Below are positions 14,701-26,946 of a stretch of DNA of 64,000 bases, piece by piece. The notes under the pieces are model-generated. The model made no database searches. It saw nothing but the letters and a program-made list of their open reading frames with translations, and was not told the origin of the DNA. A program made the position numbers and the translations under genes. The stretch is from the human T2T-CHM13v2.0 reference genome, Homo sapiens. How positions within the stretch are numbered: position 1 is the stretch's first letter; each line of letters begins with the position of its first letter. The DNA lies in assembly GCF_009914755.1 (NCBI RefSeq), contig NC_060933.1; one strand, given 5' to 3'.

Positions 14701-15306
14701 GTCTATTTCCACGTGGAGGGTGAGATGGGCTTGAGAACTTGCCTGAGGCTATTCACCTCCCAGCTGTGAAAGAAAGGGGCTTTAGTTCTTTCCCTGCCTA
14801 TGAAGTCTGCACTACCAACTGGCTCCCTCCCCCAAGTTCAGCTAAAGAATTCCTTCTCCCTGTGGAGTTTTACCCTCTGCTCCTCTGGCCACCCTCCCAA
14901 TGGATCCCTGTGGTGCCAGGGAGGAATGGGCTGCATGGGAACCCAGCGAGCTCCCAGGGCCTTTCTGCTGCTTCCTCCACCCCTGTATTTCAGTCGGCTC
15001 TCTAACTTGACAGAGCTCCAGGTAAAGTCAGAAACTTCTCCCCCAAACAGACCTTCAGCTTCCCCAGTTGGGGTGTGTGTTCAGAAGAGGAGGGTCTCCC
15101 TTTCCCACTATTTGGGGTGTCTCCCCGGTCCTGCAGAAGCAGTCCACTTCCTTCAGAGGGTCTGTGGGTCCTTTCTGGATTGCTGGTTTGTTCTTGCAGA
15201 GATCTGGAGCTAAAATTCACAATGTGAGCCCCCGCATGCTGCTCTGTCCAGAGCTTCAATCTAGTCCTGCCTCCCATCTGCCATGTTCCTCTGAATCCAA
15301 GACAAC
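8755..15306 (-). mobile_element. Near-full-length L1 (L1PB1-like), antisense, degenerate ORF1/ORF2
   Basis: Minus-strand ORFs give ORF1p (13596-13814) and ORF2p fragments (11727-12389, 10969-11460, 9655-9954, 8977-9328); L1PB-type 3' end (ccataagttattggggtacag); about 1.4-kb 5'UTR; flanked by aaatttttct at 8745-8754 and 15307-15316. Confidence 0.93.
10480..10546 (+). repeat. (ATTGT)n pentanucleotide microsatellite inside L1 ORF2
   Basis: Direct tandem attgt repeats. Confidence 0.95.
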
Positions 15307-15478
15307 AAATTTTTCTATAAAGGACCACATAGTAAATATTTTAGCCTTTCTGGACCATATGATCTTTGTTAAAAGCACTCAATCCTGCTGTTATAGCACA
15401 AAAGCAATCATAGATAATAAATAAACTTTATTTACAAAACTAAGTGTTGGGCCATGGGCCATGGTTTGCCAACCCCCG
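15307..15478 (+). mobile_element. MER58A (hAT-Charlie) DNA transposon, main part; left end at 8734-8754
   Basis: tttttctataaaggaccacatagtaaatattttag...tttgccaacccccg matches MER58A; 8-bp TSD-like flanks acatagag (8726-8733) and gtatagag (15479-15486). Confidence 0.8.
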
Positions 15479-15922
15479 GTATAGAGCACAGAAGAGGAAA
15501 CAAAATTGACTCTGTACTAATTTCCCTCACCAGGCAGCTTCATTTATTCATGTACACATTGTTCATTACTCTGAAAAATTTTTCTACAGCTGCATTCAGA
15601 ACAGGAATCAAAACATGAGAATAAAATAATTTCAGCAATTTTGGAACTTCTATGAATTAAACAACTGTGCTGACTCCAAGGGGAAAGAAATGATACAGTC
15701 AAAGCAAGAACTTCATCATAAAGGAATTAAGAAAGAGGTGCTTTTTTCCTAAGTGAGTGCTGTCATATTTTTCTGAGTTCATCCACAGCTGGTTATTTAC
15801 TACAAGATGTGAAGCACACACTGATGCCACAATATGCAATGTACAAAATTATCAAAAGGATACATTTCCCTAGGTAGCTTGACTAACTATTTTGTGTCTC
15901 TTTTTGTACAATTTTCAACTGA

Positions 15923-16311
<389 letters not shown>

Positions 16312-16404
16312 CAGTTTCCTATTTTGAGCAGTGACTGTCATGACTCAGAAATAAGTGAATGCAATAGAGACAGGGTTCTGGAACTATTGGCTAGTGTAAT
16401 AGAA

Positions 16405-16720
16405 TGTATTATTGGCTCAGGATTCTTCCTTCCTCACCCTTCCTATTGTTCTCAGCAGAAGTTTAGTTCCCCACCCATTGATGTTGTGCTCAGCCACACG
16501 ACTTGCCCTGGCCAACGGATGCAGATGAAGTAAGAGTGTGCTACTACAGAGCAGAGGCCTTTAATGACCTCCCCAGAAAACCTACGCCATAGCCTAAAGC
16601 CAAACCATTCCAGCCACCCTGCAGATCTACCGAGGAGGAAAACTAATGTTTGTTGTTGTAAGTCACTAAGATTCCAGAGTTGTCACACAGTATTATCACA
16701 GCAACAGTTGACTAATATAA
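16405..16720 (+). mobile_element. Ancient MaLR LTR fragment (MLT1F/G/H-like)
   Basis: cagccacacgacttgccctggccaa...tgttgttgtaagtcactaagatt...cagcaacagttgactaatata resembles MLT1. Confidence 0.5.
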
Positions 16721-17090
16721 CTATTATTTATCATTTTTTCTTAATTTTCAGAAAATATTTTTCACATTGCCATGTGAGAAAGTATGGTTTGTAAACAATC
16801 ATCAGTTCAGGAAAAATGTCTCACCTCTCTTAATAAACTGAGCCATTGAGTGTGATTAAGCCACATAATTTTACAGAAATCATTTTCAAAAATTTCTCAT
16901 CTTTTTCCAAATGTTAAATGGTGTAGTAGGATAGTATTCTGAAGAACTAATGAATGTGCCCTCAACAATTCTCTACATTTTATTGAATTGTTAACCTGTA
17001 GGGCCTTTTCCCACTCCAAAGGCTGGAAAAGAGGAAAGACTGTTTCAAACTATGGATTGCAATCCTTTAATGAATCACAAAATTAATGTA

Positions 17091-17240
17091 TCATATATAT
17101 GATATGATATGATATGATATGATATCATATATGTATATATGATATGATATGATATCATATATGTATATATGATATATATGATATATAGATATATATAGAG
17201 ATTTACTTATATATATAAGATTTACTTAATATATATATGT
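17091..17240. repeat. AT-rich (GATAT)n/(TA)n low-complexity tract
   Basis: gatatgatatgatat and tatata runs. Confidence 0.9.
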
Positions 17241-17262
17241 TGAGATTTACTTAATTTTGTGA

Positions 17263-17569
<307 letters not shown>

Positions 17570-18462
17570 ACAACCAATATATGTTAAATAAAAAATAGAA
17601 AGTATTAGCATATATCACACATAAAAAGGTAAATATTATTTTGCAAATACATATGAGAAAAAAAAGACTGAATTGTGATGAAAAAAAGAACTTAAATTAT
17701 TTTTTAATTGATAAATTTCTCTTACCCAAAGCTAGATTAGGTGACCCTGCTAGCTGATCCTGTAGCACCTGTTATCACTTTGATAGCCCATTTCAGGACA
17801 TGACTCCTGAGGCTCACAGCCTTAATTCTGTCCTCAACCAGACTCTATCTGTTCCTTAGGGCTTTGTTTATTGTTGCCACTGTGATATCCTCATGAGTAC
17901 TTAGTGTGGAGGCTGACACATAGTATACACCCAAGTACTTTTGGAATGAATGGTTTGGTCTTACCTTGGAGAACACATTTGCCCTTGTCACTGTTTCTAC
18001 CATCATTCCAAACCCAAAAGAACACAACTGAGGTGAAGAGGCTGAGATTAGGAATGGGTTGGCCAGTGTCACAGAAGGTTGGGGAAGAAAGGCCATAGTG
18101 AGGTTCTTTTAAAATCTTCCTGATTCTAGGTGACCCAACATCTTTGTTTCTATCAGGGGATCAGGAGAGACATTTCACTTTCTGTTGAAATCCTTCAATT
18201 CCTCCTTCCTTAGATTCCATGGGAAGATGAAAGGGAGTGGGTTTTCACTAGCATGTTAGCATGAAGGAGTTGAATCTGATTGCCTTTTTAATACTTGTGA
18301 CATAGGAGTCTGTGGTGTTGTGGGAAAACTGACTCTAGGTGCTTCAAGGGACTGGGACTCTCCGGATAGTAGGAAGATGTCGTTATTCTAGAAGGTTGGG
18401 TGAAAAAATGACAGTAGATGGATGAGAAGCACAAAAATAGAATGGTACCAATCAATGGACCC

Positions 18463-18741
18463 TTTTTTTTTTTAGACGGAGTTTCGCTCTTGGCTCACTG
18501 CAACCTCCACCTCTGGGGTTCAAGTGATTGAGCCCCTCAGATTGAATTCCTAGCTCAGCCTCCCGAGTAGCTGGGATTACAAGTGCCCACCATCACACCC
18601 GGCTAATTTTTGTATTTTTAGTAGCGACGGGGTTTCTCCATATTGGCCAGGCTTGTCTGGAACTCTTGACCTCAGGTGATCCGCCTGCCTCAGCCTCCCA
18701 AAGTGCTCGGATTACAGGCATGAGCCACTGCACCCAGCCTG
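18463..18741 (-). mobile_element. Alu (AluS-like) with internal deletion and insertion
   Basis: Poly(T), gacggagtttcgctct joined directly to tggctcactgcaacc; extra bases near 18530-18550. Confidence 0.9.
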
Positions 18742-18837
18742 GACACTTCCTTCTACTTTGTAATTCTACCTCATAGTCTGACCTTTATCCTAGAAACTAG
18801 ATGAAAAATCATGTTAAGTCTGGAAACTATGCACCCC

Positions 18838-19277
18838 TGTGGCAGGTTGAGTTTCTGGGGACAAGTCTCTGAGATGGAGAGTTGTGTTCAGTGAATTTCA
18901 TGTTGGTGCTCTTGGGAATAACATCTCAGAGGGGGCAAAAGGAATGTGATTGAGCCGCGAGAGAAGTGGGCTCTGAGGCAGTCACAACAAAGGCCTCTGC
19001 CAATCCCACTGAGGGCTTCCAAGCTATGATAACTCTGCTGAATTGTCCCTTTTGGGGGAAAGAGGCCACAGTTTATACCTCTGCGTTGGCCAGTCATGGA
19101 GATGTGGGCCCTGAATAGGGAGTGTGAGCTTGGTGGGGAGGCATCCCTCTTCAGGCATGGGCAATCCCTGGAAACGGGAAGCCCATGAAAACCGTAAGCT
19201 GTTGGGAGTGTAAGTACTGCATACTAAATGGGAGTGGGTGGGGTAAGATAAGGGTAGGGCAACATGGCATCCACTGT
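18838..19277. mobile_element. Probable ancient ERVL-class LTR
   Basis: tgtggcaggttgagtttctgggg...tctctgagatggaga...gtgctcttgggaataacatc resembles old LTR16/33-type sequence; family not pinned down. Confidence 0.35.
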
Positions 19278-20343
19278 GATTTCAAAATCGTGTTCCAACT
19301 GGACCATTTATGTATTCATTCAATAAATTTGTATGGAACACCAAAAAAAATAGTTCCAAGGCATGAACTTTGGGGACACATTCAAACCATAGTACATAAA
19401 ATTGAGTAATATACATAATATACTGCAATGAAAATGAGAAACTACTGCTATATGACATAGATTGAAAATTTTTTTAATTCAATAGCTAGAAAAGAATATG
19501 TGTGTGCTTGAATATATATATCCAAAGTAAATAAAGACAAAAAATAAATGCAAAGGACACTTTCACATCCTTAGACCTAAAGAAAACCTCTTTAGAGCAG
19601 TTTTAGAATTGCCATTATGTTCCAACTTTAACCATGAAGCCTTCTGAAAACTGAGGCCAAGAAATTTTGAAATGATGAAGACAAATATTTACATAACTCT
19701 TATTTGAATATTTTAAAATTTTTTAATAGGCAAGAAGTAAAAATTTAGACTACCTCATTTCCATCCTGGGCCCTCGCGTTCCTTCCCCTGGCTGCCGTTG
19801 TCAGCTCACCTCATGCACCATTCTGAGATGATCGATCACCAGCTGGAGTGTAAATTATCACTTCCTAGAGGAGAGATTTGGAAATGAGACTGAGCCAGGA
19901 ATGACCATTGGAGAAGGGTGTTGCGAAGACTGCAATTATATATTTACTATTGCTGACACAAGAATTATGACAGATTCATTGGTATGACCCAACGCTATAA
20001 CTGTATGTAGTTATTCAGCCATCCTTGTAGTGAGAGAAGATTCCAGTACAGTTCACATGGGGCCACCATTTCGGCCAAGTGAGGTGCACGGGTACTCATT
20101 CTCTGTCCTTAAGATCTGAGGGGAGGATGTTGACAGCATTCAGGTAGACAGTGAGGGGAACCATGGCCAGTCCACACCTGTGCCCAGGTAAGCCAGGCCT
20201 GACCAGCTTTCCAATGATTCCATGCCAAAAGAACAGAAAAAAAGCAGCATGGAGCCTGGGGAAACAATGTAGGAGCAGAGAGAAAGGAAAGAGTACACTC
20301 AGGCTACAGAGGAAAAATCTGCTTTTTTGAAAAAACCAAAATC

Positions 20344-20378
<35 letters not shown>

Positions 20379-20587
20379 CACACACACATACATGTATACA
20401 TATATTTTTTTAAGAATGAGAAACATTCCAAAAATTTCAGAAAATTTGTTCCCAAAACTTATATCCCTAAACTACAAAATCTTTATATCTATATATCTCT
20501 TTAAATCTTTAAACTCTATAAACTCTATACATCTTTAAACTACACATCTCTTTAAAAAATTATTTATGTAAAAAATGAAATACTTAG

Positions 20588-20713
20588 TGTGGTGGGTTGA
20601 ATAATGTCCTTATAAATGTATATTTACCAGGAACCTCAGAATGTGACCTTACTTGGAAATAGGGTCTTTGCAGATATAATTAGTTAAATTAAGATGGTGT
20701 CATACCGGGTTAG
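20588..20713 (+). mobile_element. MLT1C/B-like LTR, left part (interrupted by HERV-H)
   Basis: tgtggtgggttgaataatg...ggaacctcagaatgtgaccttacttggaaatagggtctttgcagat; resumes at 29339. Confidence 0.8.
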
Positions 20714-21169
20714 TGTCAGGCCTCTGAGCACAAGCCAAGCCAAGCCATCACATCCCCTGTGACTTGCATGTATATGCCCAGATGGCCTGAAGTAACTGAA
20801 GAATCACAAAAGAAGTGAATATGACCTGCCCCACCTTAACTGATGACATTCCACCATAAAAGAAGTGTAAATGGCCGGTCCTTGCCTTAACTGATGACAT
20901 TACCTTGTGAAAGTCCTTTTCCTGGCTCATCCTGGCTCAAAAAGCACCCCCACTGAGCAACTTGCAACCCCCACTCCTGCCCGCCAGAGAACAAACCGCC
21001 TTTGACTGTAATTTTCTTTTACCTACCCAAATCCTATCCAACGGCCCCACCCTTATCTCCCTTTGCTGGCTCTCTTTTTGGACTCAGCCCACCTGCACCC
21101 AGGTGATTAAAAGCTTTATTGCTCACACAAGGCCTATTTGGAGGTCTCTTCACACAGATGCACATGAAA
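20714..21169 (+). promoter_or_regulatory. HERV-H 5' LTR (LTR7 family)
   Basis: tgtcaggcctctgagc...catgaaa, 456 bp; ATTAAA poly(A) signal; by manual comparison about 18 substitutions plus one 5-bp indel versus the 3' LTR. Confidence 0.96.
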
Positions 21170-21171
21170 TT

Positions 21172-21189
21172 TGGTGCCATGACTCAGAT
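21172..21189 (+). promoter_or_regulatory. Primer-binding site for tRNA-His
   Basis: tggtgccatgactcagat versus consensus TGGTGCCGTGACTCGGAT; both mismatches are CpG transitions. Confidence 0.92.
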
Positions 21190-21312
21190 CAGGGGACCTC
21201 CCTTGGGAGATCAATCCCCTGGCCTCCTGCTCTTTGCTCCATGAGAAAGATCCACCTACTACCTCAGGTCCTCAGACCGACCAGCCCAAGAAACATCTCA
21301 CCAATTTCAAAT

Positions 21313-21321
21313 CCGGTAAGT
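21313..21321 (+). promoter_or_regulatory. HERV-H major splice donor
   Basis: CCG|GTAAGT about 150 nt after the 5' LTR, where HERV-H has its leader donor. Confidence 0.75.
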
Positions 21322-21837
21322 GGCCTCTTTTTACTCTCTTCTCCAACCTCCCTCACTATCCATCAACCTCTTTCTCCTTTCAATCTTGGCGCCACACTTC
21401 AATCTCTCCCTTCTCTTAATTTCAATTCCTTTCATTTTCTGGTAGAGACAAAGGAGACACGTTTTATCTGTGGACCTAAAACTCCGGCGCCAGTCACAGA
21501 CTGGGAAGGCAGACTTCCCTTGGTGTTTAATCATTGCAGGGAGGCCTCTCTGATTATACACCCACGTTTCAAGAGTGTCAGACCACACAGGGACGCCTGC
21601 CTTGGTCCTTCACCCTTAGCGGCAAGTCCCGCTTTTCTGGGGAAGGGGCAAGTACCCCAACCCCTTCTCTCCTTGTCTCTACCCCTTCTCTGCTTTTCTG
21701 GGGACAGGGCAAGTACCCCAGCCCCTTCTCTCCTTGTCTCTACCCCTTCTCTGCTTTTCTGGGAGAGGGGCAAGTACCCCTCAACCCCTTCTCCTTCACC
21801 CTTAGTGGCAAGTCCCACTTTTCTAGGGGGCAAGAAC

Positions 21838-22200
21838 CCCCAATCCCTTATTTCTGCACCCCAACCTCTTATCTCTGCACCCCAACCCCTTATTTCCATG
21901 CCCCAACCTCTTATCTCTGCACCCCAATCCCTTATTTCCATGCCCCAACCTGTTATCTCTGTGCCCCAATCCCTTATTTCCATGCCCCAGCCTCTTATCT
22001 CTGTGCCCCAATCCCTTATTTCTGCACCCCAACCTCTTATCTCTGCACCCCAATCCCTTATTTCCATGCCCCAACCTCTTATCTCTGTGCCCCAATCCCT
22101 TATTTCTGCACCCCAACCTCTTATCTGCACCCCAATCCCTTATTTCTACACCCCTACCTCTTATCTCTGTGCCCCAATCCCTTATTTCCATGCCCCAAAC
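21838..22200 (+). repeat. 21-bp minisatellite in the HERV-H leader (about 17 units)
   Basis: Alternating ccccaatcccttatttc(tgca/catg) and ccccaacctcttatctctg(ca/tg) units; translates as repeated PQ(S/P)LIS(A/M/V). Confidence 0.9.
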
Positions 22201-22290
22201 CCTTTTTCCCACTTTTCTGGAAGGTAAGATCCCCCGAACCTCTTCCCTCCATTTCTCTACTCTCTTTTCTCTAGGCTTGCTTCCTTCACT

Positions 22291-23510
22291 ATGGGCAACC
22301 TTCCACCCTCCATTCCTCCTTCTACGCCCTTGGCCTGTGTTCTCAAAAACTTAAAACCTCTTCAACTCACACCTGACCTAAAACCTAAATGTCTTATTTT
22401 CTTCTGCAATGCCACTTGACCCCAATACAAACTCGACAGTAGTTCCAAATAGCCAGAAAATGACACTTTGAATTTTTCCATCCAGCAAGATCTAAATAAT
22501 TCTTGTCGTAAAATAGGCAAATGGTCTGAGGTGCCTGACTTCCAGGCATTCTTTTACACATCGGTCCCTTCCTAGTCTCTGTGCCCAGTGCAACTCGTCC
22601 AAAATCTTCCTTCTTTCCCTCCCGCCTGTCCCCTCAGTACCAACCCCAAGCATCGCTGAGTCTTTCTAATCTTCCTTTTCTACAGACCCATCTGACCTCT
22701 CCCTTCCTCCCCAGGCTGCTCCTCGCCAGGCCGAGCTAGGTCCCAATTCTTCCTCAGCCTCTGCTCCTCCACCCTATAATCTTTTTATCACCTCCCCTCC
22801 TCACACCTGGTCTGGCTTACAGTTTCATTCCGTGACTAGCCCTCCCCCTCCTGCCCAGCAATTTACTCTTAAAAAAGTGGCTGGAGCTAAAGGCATAGTC
22901 AAGGTTAATGCTCCTTTTTCTTTATCCCAAACCAGATAGCGTTTAGGCTCTTTTTCATCAAATATAAAAATCCAGCCCAGTTCATGACTTGTTTGGCAGC
23001 AACCCTGAGACACTTTACAGCCCTAGACCCTAAAAGGTCAAAAGGCCGTCTTATTCTCAAAATACATTTTATTACCCAATCTGCTCCCGACATTAAATAA
23101 AACTCCAAAAATTAAATTCCGGCCCTCAAACCCCACAACAGGATTTAATTAACCTCACCTTCAAGGTGTACAATAATAGAAAAAAGTTGCAATTCCTTGC
23201 CTCCACTGTGAGACAAACCCCAGCCACATCTCCAGCACACAAGAACTTCCAAACGCCTGAACCGCAGCAGCCAGGCGTTCCTCCAGAACCTCCTCCCCCA
23301 GGAGCTTGCGACACGTGCCGGAAATCTGGCCACTGGGCCAAGGAATGCCGGCAGCCCGGGATTCCTCCTAAGCCGTGTCCCATCTGTGTGGGACCCCACT
23401 GAAAATCTGACTGTTCAACTCACCTGGCAGCCACTCCCAGAGCCCCTGGAACTCTGGCCCAAGGCTCTCTGACTCCTTCCCAGATCTTCTTGGCTTAGCT
23501 GCTGAAGACT
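22291..23510 (+). pseudogene. gag: HERV-H gag remnant
   Basis: ATG at 22291 reads MGNLPPSIPPS with an early stop; CCHC zinc knuckle CDTCRKSGHWAKEC in ORF 23166-23402; several stops. Confidence 0.85.
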
Positions 23511-23940
23511 GACACTGCCCGATCGCCCCAGAAGCCCCCTAGACCATCACGGACGCCGAGCTTCGGGTAACTCTCACAGAGGAAGGTAAGCCCATTCCCT
23601 TCTTAATCAATACGGAGGCTACTCAATCCACATTACCTTCTTTTCAAGGGCCTGTTTCCCTTGCCTCCATAACTGTTGTGGGTATTGACGGCCAGGCTTC
23701 TAAACCTCTTAAAACTCCCCAACTCTGGTGCCAACTTAGACAATACTCTTTTAAGCACTCCTTTTTAGTTATCCCCACCTGCCCAGTTCCCTTATTAGGC
23801 TGAGACACTTTAACTAAATTATCTGCTTCCCTGACTATTCCTGGACTACAGCTATATCTCATTGCCTCCCTTCTTCCCAATCCAAAGCCTCCTTTGCGTC
23901 CTCCTCTTGCATCCCCCCACCTTAACCCACAAGTATAAGA
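23511..23940 (+). pseudogene. pro: HERV-H protease remnant
   Basis: FLINTEAT (degenerate LIDTGA, catalytic Asp replaced by Asn) and PVPLLG*D motifs. Confidence 0.8.
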
Positions 23941-26652
23941 CACCTCTACTCCCTCCTTGGCGACCGATCATGCACCCCTTACCATCTCATTAAAACCTAA
24001 TCACCCTTACCCCACTCAACACCAATATCCCATCCCGCAGCATGCTTTAAAAAGATTAAAGCCTGTTATCACTCACCTGCTACAGCATGGCCTTTTAAAG
24101 CCTGTAAACTCTCCTTACAATTCCCCCATTTTACCTGTCCTAAAACCAGACAAGCCTTACAAGTTAGTTCAGGATCTGCGCCTTATCAACCAAATTGTTT
24201 TGCCTATCCACCCCGTGGTGCCAAACCCATATACTCTCCTATCCTCAATACCTCCCTCCACAACCCATTATTCTGTTCTGGATCTCAAACATGCTTTCTT
24301 TACTATTCCTTTGCACCCTTAATCCCAGCCTCTCTTCGCTTTCACTTGGACTGACCCTGACACCCATCAAGCTCAGCAAATTACCTAGGTTGTACTGCCG
24401 CAAAGCTTCACAGACAGCCCCCATTACTTCAATCAAGCCCAAATTTCTTCCTCATCTGTTACCTATCACAGCATAATTCTCATAAAAACACACGTGCTCT
24501 CCCTGCCAATCATGTCCGACTGATCTTTCAAACCCAAGCACCTTCTACAAAACAACAACTCCTTTCTTTCCTAGGCATGGTTAGCGCGGTCAGAATTCTT
24601 ACACAAGAGCCAGAACCACACCCTGTAGCCTTTCTGTCCAAACAACTTGACCTTACTGTTTTAGCCTGGCCCTCATGTCTGTGTGCAGCAGCTGCCGCTG
24701 CTTTAATGCTTTTAGAGGCCCTCAAAATCACAAACTGTGCTCAACTCACTCTCTACAGTTCTCATAACTTCCAAAATCTATTTTCTTCCTCATACCTGAC
24801 GCATATACTTTCTGCTTCCCAGCTCCTTCAGCTATACTCACTCTTTGTTGAGTCTCCCACAATTACCGTTGTTCCTGGCCGAGACTTCAATCCGGCCTCC
24901 CACATTATTCCTGATACCACACCTGATCCCCATGACTGTATCTCTCTGATCCACCTGACATTCACCCCATTTCCCCAAATTTCCTTCTTTCCTGTTCCTC
25001 ACCCTGATCACGCTTGATTTATTGATGGCAGTTCCACCAGGCCTAATCGCCACTCACCAGCAAAGGCAGGCTATGCTTATAGTATCTTCCACATCTATCA
25101 TTGAGGCTACCACTCTGCCCCCCTCCACTACCTCTCAGCAAGCCGAACTCATTGCCTTAACTCGGGCCCTCACTCTTGCAAAGGGACTACGCGTCAATAT
25201 CTCTACTGATTCTAAATATGCCTTTCATATTCTGCACCACCATGTGGTCATATGGGCTGAAAGAGGTTTCCTCACTACACAAGGGTCCTCCATCATTAAT
25301 GCCTCTTTAATAAAAACTCTGCTCACGGCCGCTTTACTTCCAAAAGAAGCTGGAGTCATTCACTGCAAGGGGCATCAAAAGGCGTCAGATCTCATTGCTT
25401 TAGGCAATGCTTATGCTGATAAGGTGGCTAGACAAGCAGCTAGCTCTCCAACTTCTGTCCCTCACGGCCAGTTTTTCTCCTTCACTTCGGTCACTCCCAC
25501 CTACTCCCCCACTGAAACTTCCACCTATCAATCTCTTCCCACACAAGGCAAATGGTTCTTAGACCAAGGAAAATATCTTCTTCCAGCCTCACAGGCCCAT
25601 TCTATTCTGTCGTTATTTCATAAGCTCTTCCATGTTGGTTACAAGCCGCTAGCCCGTCTCTTAGAACCTCTCATTTCCTTTCCATCATGGAAATCTATCC
25701 TCAAGGAGATCACTTCTCAGTGTTCCATCTGCTATTCTACTACCCCTCAGGGATTGTTCAGGCCTCCTCCCTTCCCTACACATCAAGCTTGGGGATTTGC
25801 CCCTGCCCAGGACTGGCAAATTGACTTTACTCAAATGCCTCGAGTCAGAAAACTAAAATATCTCTTAGTCTGGGTAGACACTTTCACTGGATGGGTAGAG
25901 GCCTTCCCCACAGAGTCTGAGAAGGCCACCGCGGTCATTTCTTCCCTTCTGTCAGACATAATTCCTCAGTTTGGCCTTCCCACCTCTATGCAGTCTGATA
26001 ACGGACCAGTCTTTACTAGCCAAATCACCCAAGCAGTTTCTCAGGCCTTTGGTATTCAGTGGAACCTTCATATCCCTTACCGTCCTCAATCTTCAGGAAA
26101 GCTAGAACGGACTAATGGTCTTTTAAAGGCACACCTCACCAAGCTCAGCCTCCAACTAAAAAAGGATTGGACAGTACTTTTACCTCTTGCTCTTCTCAGA
26201 ATCAGAGCCTGTCCTCGAGATGTTACAGGGTACAGTCCATTTGAACTTTTATATGGACGCACTTTCTTGCTTGGCCCCAACCTCATCCCAGACACCAGCC
26301 CTCTAGGCGACTATCTTCCAGTCCTCCAGCAGGCTAGACAGGAAATTTGCCAGGCTGCTAATCTTCTCTTGCCTACTCCAGATCCCCAGCCATATGAAGA
26401 CACCCTAGCTGGACGATCAGTTCTTGTTAAGAATCTGACCCCTCAAACTCTACAACCTTGATGGACCGGACCCTACTTATCTATAGTACCCCAACTGCTG
26501 TCTGCCTGCAGGATCCTCCCCACTGGGTTCACCTTTCCAGAATAAAGCTGTGGCCATCGGACAGCCAGCCTAATCCCTCCTCTTCCTCCTGGAAGTCGCA
26601 AGTACTCTCCCCCACTTCCCTTAAACTCACTCTTATTTCTGAAGAACAGTAA
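23941..26652 (+). pseudogene. pol: HERV-H pol remnant: RT with internal deletions, RNase H, integrase
   Basis: RT motifs SPYNSPILPV, LVQDLR, LDLKHAFF; DSPHYF joins directly to QAQISS near 24430 with no YxDD; integrase motifs HKLFH, CSIC, WQIDF, SDNG, KLER in ORF 25022-26461. Confidence 0.92.
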
Positions 26653-26946
26653 TAACCCTTATGAGCCTACTACATCCCTTCATTCTATTAGGTCTGTTCG
26701 TCCTTACCCTACTTTTTGCAACAGGGCTTTACGAAGTCACCCCCACCACTTAGGCCGAGCCCCAAAAACTAGTCATCCCTACTATCTTCTGTCCGGTCAT
26801 ACTCCTATTCTCCATTCTCAACTACTTATAAATGCCCTACTCTTGTTTACACCGCCGGTTTACACTGTTTCTTCAATCCATCACAGCTGATAGCTCTTGG
26901 TGCTATCCCCAAACTGCCACTCTTAACTCCCTCTTAGAGTGGATAG

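Noticed and set aside
21838-22200. CRISPR-like regular spacing
   Set aside because: Units are directly tandem without unique spacers, and the DNA is eukaryotic.
20962-22274. Long ORFs (421, 246 and 199 aa) over the HERV-H LTR and leader
   Set aside because: Non-ATG starts, and openness is explained by the stop-free 21-bp repeat and C-rich leader.
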